64,000 bases of DNA from Rhodothermales bacterium (GCA_040904565.1 JBBDTI010000031.1:83831-147830), one strand, 5' to 3'; shown: positions 52,288-62,893, numbered from the stretch's first letter. Made by a program: numbers and translations. The notes: generated from the letters alone by a model not told the origin.

Positions 52288-53862
52288 ATGGAGAGCAAGG
52301 AACGCGTACATATTCTTCTTATCGAGGATGATGAAGACGATTACGTGATAGCGCGGCGTATGCTTTCGAAGACCACGGGCATCACGCCTGACCTTGATTG
52401 GGCTTCCAGCTATGACGAAGGGCTCGCGAAGCTTGTCGAGCTGTCATACGACGTGTGTCTGATCGACTACAGACTGGGTGCTCGAACGGGCCTGGATCTC
52501 CTCCACGACGCCGGCGATCGCGGTGTCAGAACGCCAATAATTCTGCTCACCGGCCAGGGCGATTATAATATCGATCTCCGGGCCATGATGGCAGGCGCGG
52601 CGGACTACCTCGTGAAGTCGGAGATCGACGCCTCGGCCCTCGAACGCTCGATTCGGTACGCATTGGAACGCCGAATAGCAGAGGATCGAATTCGCGATCA
52701 GGCACAGTATCTCGACAATGCACGAGATGCGATCTGCGCGTACGACCTCGACCGAAACGTCATTTACTGGAATAAGAGCGCGGAGCGGTTGACCGGGTAT
52801 TCGCTTCAGGAGATGCAGGACGAGGGGGGCGATGCCTGCCTGTATTCGAGCGGTGGGCAGAAGATCGAGGAGGCCTGGGAGGAGGTTCTTTCGGCCGGTG
52901 AATGGACGGGCGAATTGCGTCAGAGAACCAAGGATGACGACGAACTGATCGTCGAGAGCCGCTGGACGCTTGTAGGGGAGGATACCGGTACGTCGAGCTC
53001 CGTTCTGGTTATCAATACGGATATAACCGAACGCAAACGCCTCGAGTCGAACATCCTCCGAGGCCAGCGCATGGAGAGTATCGGGACGCTCGTCGGAGGG
53101 ATCGCACACGATCTGGGCAACCTGCTCGTCCCGATCCTCCTGGGCGTGAACGTGCTGTCGAATCGGTACAGCGACGACGAAAAATCGATGCGTACGCTGG
53201 AAATGATTCGGCGCAGTGCGGAGCGCGGCTCCGAAATGGTAAAGCAGGTGCTGGCCTTCGCGCGAGGTGTAGAGGGTGAACGAGTCCCCCTCAAGCTCGA
53301 TGAGGTCTTCGAGGAGGTCGAAAAGATTACGACGGAGACCTTTCCGACGTCGATCAACGTCCGCATCGATATCGATGACGACCTTCCGCATATCGTTGGG
53401 GACGCTACGCAGATTCAGCAGGTCATCATCAATCTGTGCGTCAATGCGCGTGATGCCATGCCCGATGGTGGGTGCCTCGACGTGCAGGCGCGCCCGATAC
53501 GACTGGATGCGTCCGACGCCCGCGCGAATCCGGACGCGGAGGACGGAGAATATATCTGCATCAGCGTAAGCGATACCGGCGTCGGCATCTCGCCGAACGA
53601 CCTCGATAAGGTGTTCGAGCCCTATTTCACGACCAAATCGGCCGACGAGGGTACGGGCCTCGGACTTTCCACCGTCTACAGCATCGTGACGAGTCACGAA
53701 GGATTTGTGGATGTCTACAGCGAAGTAGGGAAGGGAACGACGTTCAATTGTTTCCTGCCGTTGGCCGATGAGAACGTAGGAGAGGCCAGGGCGGACGGGT
53801 CGGCGAATATAGATGTCGGTACGGGCCATGGCGAGGCCGTAGTGCAGGGGCTCGAAGAATAG
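52288..53862 (+). CDS. Hybrid REC-PAS histidine kinase
   Basis: N-terminal REC (LIEDDEDD, IDYRL, ADYLVK), PAS (YWNKSAERLTGY, WTGE, DITERK), H-box GGIAHDLGNLL, NLCVNARDAM, EPYFTTK, GTGLGL. Confidence 0.92.
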   Translation: MESKERVHILLIEDDEDDYVIARRMLSKTTGITPDLDWASSYDEGLAKLVELSYDVCLIDYRLGARTGLDLLHDAGDRGVRTPIILLTGQGDYNIDLRAMMAGAADYLVKSEIDASALERSIRYALERRIAEDRIRDQAQYLDNARDAICAYDLDRNVIYWNKSAERLTGYSLQEMQDEGGDACLYSSGGQKIEEAWEEVLSAGEWTGELRQRTKDDDELIVESRWTLVGEDTGTSSSVLVINTDITERKRLESNILRGQRMESIGTLVGGIAHDLGNLLVPILLGVNVLSNRYSDDEKSMRTLEMIRRSAERGSEMVKQVLAFARGVEGERVPLKLDEVFEEVEKITTETFPTSINVRIDIDDDLPHIVGDATQIQQVIINLCVNARDAMPDGGCLDVQARPIRLDASDARANPDAEDGEYICISVSDTGVGISPNDLDKVFEPYFTTKSADEGTGLGLSTVYSIVTSHEGFVDVYSEVGKGTTFNCFLPLADENVGEARADGSANIDVGTGHGEAVVQGLEE

Positions 53863-53900
53863 ACGTCGCCTGGCAAAACACCACGTTGACGAGTCGACCG

Positions 53901-54791
53901 ATGCCGATTGATTCCCCGTCTCTTAGCGACGCGATCAACGAGCATCAGTACCCTCATTTTCTCTGTGTGTGGCCTCTCGCGCTGCGAGCGTACCACGCAC
54001 TCGTTCACCTTACTACCCTCCGGAGCTGGTACGTCAGGCGCGCATGGCGGCGGATCGAAACGCCCATTCCGAAAGGGGCGACGCTCCTCGATGTGGGGTG
54101 CGGCTCGGGCGATCATCTCTTTTACGCTTTGCGGCGGCGGCCTGATTTGACTGGGATCGGCATCGATCGCTCGGGCGAGGCCGTAGAGCTATGCAGGAGC
54201 TACGCGGAGGCGGTGGGGAGCGCCGGAGCGACGTTTCGCCGGCAGAACGTAGATGCCGATTCAAGCATGCCCGAGCACGATCTGGCGCTGTGCATCGGCA
54301 TGCTCCAGTACGTCGTACGGGACGCGCAGCTGCTGCGGGCGATACGACGCTCGCTGTCGAACTCCGGGCGGCTCCTGCTCTATCTCCCTGTACGCAACGA
54401 GCGGATCTGGCCTATTTACGATCGGCTCATAGAAGGAAGCGAGCACGACTACGATGCCGTACAGGAACGGCGGCGGGTCTATCAGCCCGATCACGTGCGC
54501 CGTCTGCTTGATACCTGCGGCTTCCGCGTCGTGACGGAGGAATCGACCTACGGTCCCTTTGGGAAGGCGGCCTTCGAGCTGCACGCCCTCATTCTGCACG
54601 GACTCACCCGCCGGAACGTGGTGCTTAAGGTTGCGGCGTTCGTGGTGGGGGTTGTGTCGATGCCTGCTATGCTCTTGCTGATGCTGGCCGACTATATGCT
54701 CCCGGTCTCTCGGGGCAACGGTATGGTCGTCGTAGCCGCACCTCGAAGGGACGAAGAGCCGGGAATATTTGAGAGCCGCTCGCGTACGTAG
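53901..54791 (+). CDS. Class I SAM-dependent methyltransferase
   Basis: LLDVGCGSG, GIGIDRS, GRLLLYLP. Hydrophobic C-terminal segment. Confidence 0.85.
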   Translation: MPIDSPSLSDAINEHQYPHFLCVWPLALRAYHALVHLTTLRSWYVRRAWRRIETPIPKGATLLDVGCGSGDHLFYALRRRPDLTGIGIDRSGEAVELCRSYAEAVGSAGATFRRQNVDADSSMPEHDLALCIGMLQYVVRDAQLLRAIRRSLSNSGRLLLYLPVRNERIWPIYDRLIEGSEHDYDAVQERRRVYQPDHVRRLLDTCGFRVVTEESTYGPFGKAAFELHALILHGLTRRNVVLKVAAFVVGVVSMPAMLLLMLADYMLPVSRGNGMVVVAAPRRDEEPGIFESRSRT

Positions 54792-54825
54792 TGCTTGCGG
54801 ACGCAATTATCACCAGAGATTGTAT

Positions 54826-57498
54826 ATGTCGACGAAGGACGTGACCAGGACGGCTAAAGTTCAGCGAAATACGGCCTACGAACCATCCGAAATCGAGGAC
54901 AAATGGTACCGGTTCTGGGAAGAGAACGACCTCTTTCGGACCGAGGTCAATCCCGAGAAGCAGCCGCACGCTATCGTGATGCCGCCGCCCAACGTAACGG
55001 GCGCGCTGCACATGGGGCACGCATTGCAGGACTCCATTCAGGACGCTGTAACCCGGATCCGGAGGATGCAGGGGTACGAGGCGCTCTGGGTCCCGGGGCT
55101 GGACCACGCAGGTATCGGCACCCAGAACGTCGTCGAGCGCCAGCTGAAAGAAGAGGGCACGAGCCGTCACGAACTCGGGCGCGAAGCGTTCGTAGAGCGC
55201 GTTCGGCGTTGGAAGGAGGAATACGGGGGAAGAATTCTCGAACAGAAGCGCCGCCTGGGCGACTCCTGCGACTGGCATCGGGAACGGTACACGATGGACG
55301 ACGGCTTCACGCGCGCCGTGCAGGAAGTGTTCGTCCACCTCTACGAGGAAGGGCTCATCTACCGGGGTAATTATCTCGTCAACTGGGATCCCGAGAACGA
55401 GACCGCGCTGTCCGACGAGGAGGTCGAGAACGTAGAGCGGGAGGGTAAGCTGTGGTACGTCAAATATCCCATCAAGGGCGAAGACGGCCACGTCGTCGTG
55501 GCCACGACGCGTCCCGAGACCATGCTTGGCGATTCGGGCGTCGCAGTCCACCCCGACGACGAACGGTATACCGATCTGGTAGGCCGCAGCGTCGTACTTC
55601 CCCTTCTGGATCGCGACCTTCCCGTCATAGCGGACGACTACGTCAAGTCGGAATTCGGCGCCGGGGCGCTGAAGGTCACGCCCGCGCATGATAAGAACGA
55701 CTTCGAAATCGGCCGCCGGCACGACCTCGAAACGATCAACATTATGAACCCGGACGGGACCATCAACGAGCACGGTGGGCCGTACGAAGGGATGGACCGA
55801 TTCGATGCACGCGATCGGATCGTCGCCGATCTCGATGCACTCGGGCTCCTCGTCAAGACCGAAACGACGCGGAATACGGTTCCGATTTCGAGTCGCTCCA
55901 AAGCCGTCGTCGAGCCTCTCATCTCCCGGCAGTGGTTCGTGAAGATGAAGCCGCTCGCGGAGCCGGCCGTCGAAGCCGTCCGCGGCGGAGAGATCACCTT
56001 TCATCCGCAGCGTTGGGAAAACGAATACTTCCGGTGGATGGAAAACATTCGCGACTGGACGATCTCCCGGCAGCTGTGGTGGGGACACCGCATCCCCGTC
56101 TGGTACTACACGACGGAGGACGGCGAGATCGACGAAAACCGCGACTTCGTCGTCTCCGTCGATCAGCCCGAGGGGGGTATGGTGCAGGACGAAGACGTGC
56201 TCGACACCTGGTTCTCGTCGTGGCTCTGGCCCTTCGCCACGCTCGGGTGGCCGAAAAAGACGCCGGAGCTCGAGTATTTTTATCCGACGAGCGTGCTCGT
56301 TTCGGGCTACGACATCCTCTTCTTCTGGATCGCCCGGATGATCATGGCGGGCTATCACTTCATGGGAGAGAAACCGTACGGAGATGTCTTCATCACCGGG
56401 ATGATCAAGGACAGGCAAGGCCGGTGGATGTCGAAGAGCCTCGGCAACGGCATCGACCCGCTCGACATGATCGACCAGTACGGCGCCGATGCCGTGCGAT
56501 TCTCGCTGACCGTCCTCTGCGCCCAGGGACAGGACATCAAGCTGGATCCGACGAAGTTCGAGATGGGCCGCAACTTCGCGAACAAGATCTGGAACGCATT
56601 CAACGTGTTCGGTCAGTTCATGGAGGAGGAGAAAACGTACCGCCGGACGCGCTCCTTCGAGGAACTCGAGCTGGTGGAACGATGGATACTGCATCGACTC
56701 CACGAAACGATTCGAGACGTCGACGAAGCGGTGAGTCGCTATCGGCTCAATGAGGCGGCCGGACTCATCTACGATCTGTTCTGGAAGGATTACTGCGACT
56801 GGTATCTGGAGCTGATCAAACCGCCATTCGGAGAAGAGCTGGAGGAAGACAAGATTGCGCTGGCCGCCGAGGTCTATGAAAAGATGATCCAGCTCCTGCA
56901 TCCGTTCATGCCGTTCATTACGGAAGAGTTGTGGTCGAAAATACGGCCCAGAGAACGGCTCGACGTTTGTATGACGTCATCGTGGCCGGAGGTGGACGCC
57001 GCGGAGATGGACGAGGAGGCGGACGAGGTGTTCAGCCTGATGCAGGAACTCGTCTCCGGTATCCGCAACATCAAGAGCGAATACGGCGTGGCGCTAAACG
57101 CCGACATCGAAGCGATGGTGAACCTGCCTTCCGGAGCCGAAAGGCTCGAGGAGATGCTCTCGACGCACCGCGACTATTTCGAGAAGCTGGCCGGCGCGAC
57201 GGATCTGATGATCGGACGCGGACTGGATCGGCCCAAAGCATGCGCCGCTCACGTCGCGGGTCGGCACGAAGTGTTCGTCCCTCTCGCCGGCATGATCGAC
57301 CTGGACGTGGAAAGGGAACGGCTTCGCAAGGAGATCGAGCAGAAAAACGGTTTTCTGGAGAGCGTCCGAAAAAAACTGCGGAACGAGCAGTTCGTGACGA
57401 AGGCGCCGACCGACGTCGTCGACCGCGAGCGACAGAAGGAAAAAGATGCCCGAGAGGAACTGGTGCGTCTCGAGGCTAATCTCGAGGAGCTGGAGTAA
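54826..57498 (+). CDS. valS: Valine--tRNA ligase
   Basis: PPPNVTGALHMGHA, ATTRPETMLGD, DWTISRQLWWGHRIP, DVLDTWFSS, WMSKS, C-terminal coiled coil. Confidence 0.98.
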   Translation: MSTKDVTRTAKVQRNTAYEPSEIEDKWYRFWEENDLFRTEVNPEKQPHAIVMPPPNVTGALHMGHALQDSIQDAVTRIRRMQGYEALWVPGLDHAGIGTQNVVERQLKEEGTSRHELGREAFVERVRRWKEEYGGRILEQKRRLGDSCDWHRERYTMDDGFTRAVQEVFVHLYEEGLIYRGNYLVNWDPENETALSDEEVENVEREGKLWYVKYPIKGEDGHVVVATTRPETMLGDSGVAVHPDDERYTDLVGRSVVLPLLDRDLPVIADDYVKSEFGAGALKVTPAHDKNDFEIGRRHDLETINIMNPDGTINEHGGPYEGMDRFDARDRIVADLDALGLLVKTETTRNTVPISSRSKAVVEPLISRQWFVKMKPLAEPAVEAVRGGEITFHPQRWENEYFRWMENIRDWTISRQLWWGHRIPVWYYTTEDGEIDENRDFVVSVDQPEGGMVQDEDVLDTWFSSWLWPFATLGWPKKTPELEYFYPTSVLVSGYDILFFWIARMIMAGYHFMGEKPYGDVFITGMIKDRQGRWMSKSLGNGIDPLDMIDQYGADAVRFSLTVLCAQGQDIKLDPTKFEMGRNFANKIWNAFNVFGQFMEEEKTYRRTRSFEELELVERWILHRLHETIRDVDEAVSRYRLNEAAGLIYDLFWKDYCDWYLELIKPPFGEELEEDKIALAAEVYEKMIQLLHPFMPFITEELWSKIRPRERLDVCMTSSWPEVDAAEMDEEADEVFSLMQELVSGIRNIKSEYGVALNADIEAMVNLPSGAERLEEMLSTHRDYFEKLAGATDLMIGRGLDRPKACAAHVAGRHEVFVPLAGMIDLDVERERLRKEIEQKNGFLESVRKKLRNEQFVTKAPTDVVDRERQKEKDAREELVRLEANLEELE

Positions 57499-57513
57499 GG
57501 CACGCTCCTTGCG
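57498..57513 (+). promoter_or_regulatory. Putative sigma54 (-24/-12) promoter for the carbamoyltransferase gene
   Basis: AGGCACGCTCCTTGCG versus consensus TGGCACG-N4-TTGCW. GG-N10-GC spacing is exact, about 60 nt before ATG 57574. Confidence 0.5.
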
Positions 57514-57573
57514 TGGTTTGTTTCGGAACAACGAATCCCTCGAAACGGACCAACGGCACGGCCCCTCCTACAC

Positions 57574-59370
57574 ATGGATATTCTGGGTATCTCCTGCTGG
57601 TACCACGACGCGGCGGCGTGCCTGCTGCGGGATGGCGACATCGTGGCCGCGGCACAAGAAGAACGATTTACGCGCAAAAAGCACGATCCTTCTTTTCCCA
57701 GGCAAGCGATTGCGTACTGTCTTGAACAGGGGGGCGGCAGGGAACCGGATATCGTCGCATTCTATGACAAGCCGTTCCTCACCTTCGAACGGTTGCTCGA
57801 GACGTACGTGACGGTCGCCCCGAGGGGCCTCGCATCGTTCGTCAAGGCAATGCCGGTGTGGCTGAAGCAGAAGCTCTGGATACCGGATCTGCTCAGGAAG
57901 GAGCTCGATTTTGACGGTCCCGTCATCTTTCCGGAGCACCACGAGAGCCACGCCGCGAGCGCCTTTTTCCCGTCGCCTTTCGAGTCGGCCGCATTTCTGA
58001 CGACGGACGGGGTCGGCGAGTGGACCACCACCTCGTACGGCGTCGCACGGGGTAACCGGCTCCGCATCCACCGAGAGATACATTTCCCCCACTCGCTCGG
58101 GCTGCTCTACAGCGCCTTTACGTATTTCACCGGATTCAGGGTCAATTCGGGGGAATATAAGCTGATGGGATTGGCACCCTATGGCGAGCCGAAGTACGTA
58201 GATGCGATCTACGAGCATCTGATCGACGTGAAGGACGACGGATCGTTCAGGCTCAACATGGACTATTTCAATTACGCCCACGGCCTCACGATGACCGGGA
58301 AGGGCTTCGAACGGCTGTTCGGTGGTCCACGCCGGGCTCCAGAAGCACCGATGACGCAGCGGGAAATGGATCTCGCACGGTCCGTCCAGGAGGTTACCGA
58401 AGAGGTGATCGTACGCATGGCGCGTCATCTTCGCGCGGAGACGGGTGAGGAGAATCTCGTCCTTGCGGGGGGCGTCGCCTTGAACTGCGTAGCCAACGGT
58501 CGTCTGGTTCGCGGCGGGCCGTTCGAAAATGTGTGGGTCCAGCCCGCGGCGGGGGACGCCGGGGGGGCGCTGGGCGCAGCCTATATGGCCTGGTACGACC
58601 ATCAGAACGCCGAGCGCTTCGTCGATCAGACGGATTCGATGAAGGGCGCCTACCTCGGACCGTCGTTTTCCGATCGGGAGATCGCCGCGTTTCTCGCGGC
58701 CGAAGAGATCCCCCATCGAAAGCTCGACGAATCCGATCTGCTGGCGCGTACGGCGGAGCTGCTGGCCGACCAGAAGGTCGTCGGATGGTTCCAGGGACGC
58801 ATGGAATTCGGGCCGCGGGCCCTGGGCAACCGCTCCATTCTTGCCGACGCGCGGGGGCGCGACGTGCAGCGGACCGTCAACCTGAAAATCAAATTCCGCG
58901 AAAGCTTTCGTCCCTTTGCTCCCGTCGTGCTGCGCGAACGCCAGTCGGAGTTTTTCGACCTCGAGGCGGACAGTCCATATATGCTGCTCGTGGCTCCCGT
59001 CAAGCACGCACGGATTCACGGTGAAGGATTCGAACGCCGGCGGAACATCGATTCGCCCGTACCGGCCGTCACGCACGTGGACGGGTCGGCGCGCGTTCAA
59101 TCCGTTCACGAAGGTACGAACCCCCGATTCTACAGGCTCCTGAAAGCCTTCGAAGCGCACACGGGCTCTCCGGTACTCGTCAACACCAGTTTCAACGTTC
59201 GCGGTGAACCGATCGTATGCACGCCGAAGGACGCGTATACCTGCTTCCGTCGGACGCATATGGACGCCCTCGTGCTGGGCGGGCATCTCATCACGAAAGA
59301 CATGTTTCCGGACGCGGAGGCCGCCGTCTTCTCAGCGGAGGAGGTGGCCGAGGAGTACGGCCTCGATTAG
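57574..59370 (+). CDS. O-carbamoyltransferase (NodU/CmcH/TobZ family)
   Basis: ILGISCWYHDAAA, EERFTRKKHD, EHHESHAASAF, DGVGE, GEYKLMGLAPYG, AGGVALNC, EFGPRALGNRS, KFRESFRPFAP, NTSFN. Confidence 0.95.
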   Translation: MDILGISCWYHDAAACLLRDGDIVAAAQEERFTRKKHDPSFPRQAIAYCLEQGGGREPDIVAFYDKPFLTFERLLETYVTVAPRGLASFVKAMPVWLKQKLWIPDLLRKELDFDGPVIFPEHHESHAASAFFPSPFESAAFLTTDGVGEWTTTSYGVARGNRLRIHREIHFPHSLGLLYSAFTYFTGFRVNSGEYKLMGLAPYGEPKYVDAIYEHLIDVKDDGSFRLNMDYFNYAHGLTMTGKGFERLFGGPRRAPEAPMTQREMDLARSVQEVTEEVIVRMARHLRAETGEENLVLAGGVALNCVANGRLVRGGPFENVWVQPAAGDAGGALGAAYMAWYDHQNAERFVDQTDSMKGAYLGPSFSDREIAAFLAAEEIPHRKLDESDLLARTAELLADQKVVGWFQGRMEFGPRALGNRSILADARGRDVQRTVNLKIKFRESFRPFAPVVLRERQSEFFDLEADSPYMLLVAPVKHARIHGEGFERRRNIDSPVPAVTHVDGSARVQSVHEGTNPRFYRLLKAFEAHTGSPVLVNTSFNVRGEPIVCTPKDAYTCFRRTHMDALVLGGHLITKDMFPDAEAAVFSAEEVAEEYGLD

Positions 59371-59535
59371 TCCGTCGCCCGACCCGGTGGCGGTCGGCGG
59401 AGAAACGCTGCGATCACTTCTTGCGTATCCTTTTAGATATGCCGTGAAAAGCTTCCTGGCCAACGACCAGGGAAGCAATGCCCTATTCAGGCAGGCTTAT
59501 CCGCAGAGCCGAACCCCGCAGCGTCCGTTTCGACT

Positions 59536-61017
59536 ATGGAAACCACCACCAATTCTCGTACATCTTTTGAAGCGCTCTCCGAGATCGCGCTGGCCGTGAA
59601 TTCGATCCACGAGCCGGATGCGCTTCTGGAGAAAGTGCTTGCGATCGCGATGCGCGAACTGGAGGCCGAACGCGGCTTCGTTCTCCTGACGGCCGAAGAC
59701 GCGGAGAAGGGGTTCGAGGTAAAAAACAGCCGTAATTTCTCCGACGATCAGATCGGCGAGATCGTTCGTATCTCCACGAGCGTCGTGCTCGAGGTGCTTC
59801 AGACAGGCGAGCCCGTGCTCGTATATGAAGCGCTTCAAGACGACCGGTTTCGCGACACGGAATCCATCGTCGTGCAGCAGATCAAGTCGATCGCGTGTGT
59901 ACCGCTGCGCATAAAGAATCGACAGATCGGCGCCATCTATCTCGACAGCCTGACGAAGAGGGGGCGATTTACCAGCGAAACGCTTCCGTTTATTTCGGCC
60001 TTCGCCAATCAAGCCGCCATCGCCATCGAAAATGCGCGCTTGGTCAAGAGGCTCAGCGAGGAAAACAGACGGCTTCGAACGGAAGTTCAGCGCGTACACG
60101 GCTTCGACGAGATCATCGGACAGAGTCGCGCGATGGACGAGGTCTTCGATACAATGACGCGCGTGCTTGACTCGGATGCGACCGTTCTCATCGAAGGTGA
60201 AAGCGGTACGGGCAAAGAGCTCGTTGCGCGGGCCATCCACTACAATGGACATCGGAAAGACGGTTCCTTCGTGGCTATTTTCTGTGGATCACTCCCGGAA
60301 GAGCTTTTGGAAAGCGAGCTGTTCGGTCACAAGAAGGGCGCGTTTACGGGGGCGGTCGAGGATAAACCCGGTTTGTTCGAGGAGGCCGACGGCGGAACGG
60401 TGTTTCTGGACGAAGTAGGCGATCTGACGCCGCGGGTTCAAACGGCGCTGCTGCGCGTACTCCAGGAGGGGGAGATCAAGCGGGTCGGTGAAACGAAAAT
60501 GCGCAACGTGGACGTGCGCATTATCTCCGCGACCAACAAGCCGCTGAAGGGGCTGATGCAGGAGGAGGGATTTCGAGAGGATCTGTATTATAGACTGAAT
60601 ACGATTTCTATATCGATGCCGCCCTTGCGTCGTCGCGGCGCCGACGTCCACCTGCTGGCGCACCACTTTCTGGATATTTATGCCCGCAAGAAGGACATCG
60701 ACGGTTTTACGGAAGATGCGCTGGAAGCGCTAAAGAACTATTCGTGGCCGGGGAACGTCCGCGAGCTGGAGAACACGATTGAGCGCGCCGTGGTATTTGC
60801 CCGCGGGAACTTGATCGAAAAGGAAGACCTGCGCCTGCCGGATGAAGACGAGCTGGATCCGTTCGAGCCGGGCACGACGCTGAAACAGGCGGAACGGTTG
60901 GTCGTGGAGCGAACGATCGATGCCTGCGACGGAAACATTTCGGAGGCGGCGCGGACGCTTGACGTTTCGCGGCGCTGGTTGCATTATCGGCTTAAGGAAT
61001 GGGAGGAAGACAACTAG
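59536..61017 (+). CDS. GAF-domain sigma54-dependent transcriptional activator (Fis-type HTH)
   Basis: GAF (IACVPL...GAIYLD...FANQAAIAIENARL), GESGTGKE, ESELFGH, GAFTGA, FLDEV, WPGNVRELEN, C-terminal HTH. Confidence 0.95.
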   Translation: METTTNSRTSFEALSEIALAVNSIHEPDALLEKVLAIAMRELEAERGFVLLTAEDAEKGFEVKNSRNFSDDQIGEIVRISTSVVLEVLQTGEPVLVYEALQDDRFRDTESIVVQQIKSIACVPLRIKNRQIGAIYLDSLTKRGRFTSETLPFISAFANQAAIAIENARLVKRLSEENRRLRTEVQRVHGFDEIIGQSRAMDEVFDTMTRVLDSDATVLIEGESGTGKELVARAIHYNGHRKDGSFVAIFCGSLPEELLESELFGHKKGAFTGAVEDKPGLFEEADGGTVFLDEVGDLTPRVQTALLRVLQEGEIKRVGETKMRNVDVRIISATNKPLKGLMQEEGFREDLYYRLNTISISMPPLRRRGADVHLLAHHFLDIYARKKDIDGFTEDALEALKNYSWPGNVRELENTIERAVVFARGNLIEKEDLRLPDEDELDPFEPGTTLKQAERLVVERTIDACDGNISEAARTLDVSRRWLHYRLKEWEEDN

Positions 61018-61038
61018 ATACCGACGTTGTCGTCTCTA

Positions 61039-62829
61039 ATGGGTACACCTGGCACCATACAGGACATCCGGCCGTTCGCCGAGCTGTCGCGTAATGCGAC
61101 TACGTCGGTCTATAAAGCCTATCAGTCGACCCTCGAGCGGTTCGTTCTGTTGAAACGGCTTCGCCCGGAGTTCAACAGCGACGACGATCTTGCAGCCCGA
61201 TTCCAGGAAGAAGCGCGGATCGCGGCCCGGATTCAGCATCCCAATGTCGTCTCTATTTATTCGTTCGGTCGTGACGACGAGGGAGCGTATATCGTTGCTG
61301 AGTTCGTGGAGGGTGTGGATCTCGCAAAAGTGGTCGCGAAGTCGGCACTTCCTCCCGATCTTGCACTCTTCGTCCTTCTCGAGTCAGCTAAAGGGCTAAA
61401 GGCGGCGCACGACAAAGATGTGCTGCACCGGGACCTGAAGCCTGCCAACATGCTGGTTTCACGATCGGGTGACGTGAAGATCGCCGACTTCGGGCTTGCG
61501 TCCGTGTCGCATTCCGCTGGAGAGGGCGCTCGCGAAATTCGCGGTACGCTCGCCTACATGGCTCCCGAGCAGGTGACCGCGAACGAGCTCAGCGTTCAGA
61601 CGGATCTGTTTTCACTTGGTGCGACGTTCTTCGAAATCGTAACGGGCCGCCGGGCGTTTCCGGGTTCGAGTTCCAGGGAAATCTTTGATGCGATACTGCA
61701 TCGGGATCCCCTTCCGAGACTGCGGGCCACGCGCGATGTCGATGAGGGCGTCGAGCGAATCTGCGCGCGCCTGCTCGCAGTCGAACCCTCCGATCGGTAT
61801 GCGAGTGCGGACGAATTGATAGCCGACGTCGAATCATGTCGGAGCGAACGCAACGTGCTTCCGTCGTCGGTCGAGCTCGCGGCGTTTATCGAGAACCCCG
61901 AATCGTTCGCGTACAAACGGCCGGATGGGACGGCCGATCGGCCGCCCGATCCCGCCGGCCTTCATCCGGGCATCGCCGCGGCGCAAAACGGTACGGATGC
62001 AGACGGACCGGGTGCGCGCGGACCGGCTGCGGACGATCCAGCGAGAACGAAGGGATTTGCGGCCGTGTTGGACGAAATCATGCCGTTCGGGTCCTCGAAA
62101 ATCGTTGCGGGATCGGTCGCGCTCGCGGTCGTGTTGGTCAGCATCATCGTAGGTCTGACGTTGATGCGCTCAGATGGCACGGACGTCACGCCGGATGCAA
62201 GCAGCGCGACCGGATCGACAATTGCTGCGCCGTGGGGCACGGGCGGCACGCTGATCGGCTCCTTCCCGTCGTTCGGAGTCGTAGATACGACCATCGTGAC
62301 GTCGCTCAACGCTGCGGCGGTCCGTAGACAGGCTCCGATCCGGAGCGGTGCCCAGACGACGGTACCCGCATCACGCGCGGCCGGATATCGCGCGGCCGGG
62401 TATCTCAACGTCACGGTAGATCACGAAGCCGTCGTATTCGTAGACGGCGACTCGGCGGCAACGGCCGGCGCCTCCAATCCTATCACTGTGGCTTTAGAAC
62501 CGGGTGAACATGAGATCGTCCTGCGGAACGCGTCCTTTCCGGATGATCGGCGAACCATTACTATCGAATCGGGCGACACGACGTCGCTGCATGCTACACT
62601 CTGGTCGGCGGTAGGCGGTTTGTCTCTACAGGTATCGCCCTGGGCCAACGTCTACGTGGACGGACGGAGCGTGGGGCAAACCCCGTTTACCGAGCCTCTC
62701 GTCCTTCCTGCCGGCGAACGAGAGCTTCGCCTGGTCAACCCTCAGATGGGCGTCGACTCTACGACGACCGTCACGATTGAACGCGGACAAACCGTATCGC
62801 ACCGCATCATATTATCCGAGGTAGAGTGA
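61039..62829 (+). CDS. Membrane Ser/Thr protein kinase with C-terminal PEGA-like domains
   Basis: HPNVV, HRDLKPAN, KIADFG, GTLAYMAPEQ, DLFSLG, a TM helix, then VSPWANVYVDG...GQTP. Confidence 0.92.
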   Translation: MGTPGTIQDIRPFAELSRNATTSVYKAYQSTLERFVLLKRLRPEFNSDDDLAARFQEEARIAARIQHPNVVSIYSFGRDDEGAYIVAEFVEGVDLAKVVAKSALPPDLALFVLLESAKGLKAAHDKDVLHRDLKPANMLVSRSGDVKIADFGLASVSHSAGEGAREIRGTLAYMAPEQVTANELSVQTDLFSLGATFFEIVTGRRAFPGSSSREIFDAILHRDPLPRLRATRDVDEGVERICARLLAVEPSDRYASADELIADVESCRSERNVLPSSVELAAFIENPESFAYKRPDGTADRPPDPAGLHPGIAAAQNGTDADGPGARGPAADDPARTKGFAAVLDEIMPFGSSKIVAGSVALAVVLVSIIVGLTLMRSDGTDVTPDASSATGSTIAAPWGTGGTLIGSFPSFGVVDTTIVTSLNAAAVRRQAPIRSGAQTTVPASRAAGYRAAGYLNVTVDHEAVVFVDGDSAATAGASNPITVALEPGEHEIVLRNASFPDDRRTITIESGDTTSLHATLWSAVGGLSLQVSPWANVYVDGRSVGQTPFTEPLVLPAGERELRLVNPQMGVDSTTTVTIERGQTVSHRIILSEVE

Positions 62830-62893
62830 CGGAGGCTCTAGCCCCGGTACGTGCCACACATTTTATGTTTTCGATCAGTTGACGACTCCACGT

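Noticed and set aside
54667-59286. Long minus-strand ORFs (744 aa, 572 aa) and similar ones opposite guaA, the hybrid kinase and punA
   Set aside because: Antisense shadows of well-recognised genes, common in high-GC DNA, with no motifs of their own.
62374-62403. 15-bp tandem duplication encoding RAAGY-RAAGY in the Ser/Thr kinase
   Set aside because: A single small duplication in a linker with no evidence of function.
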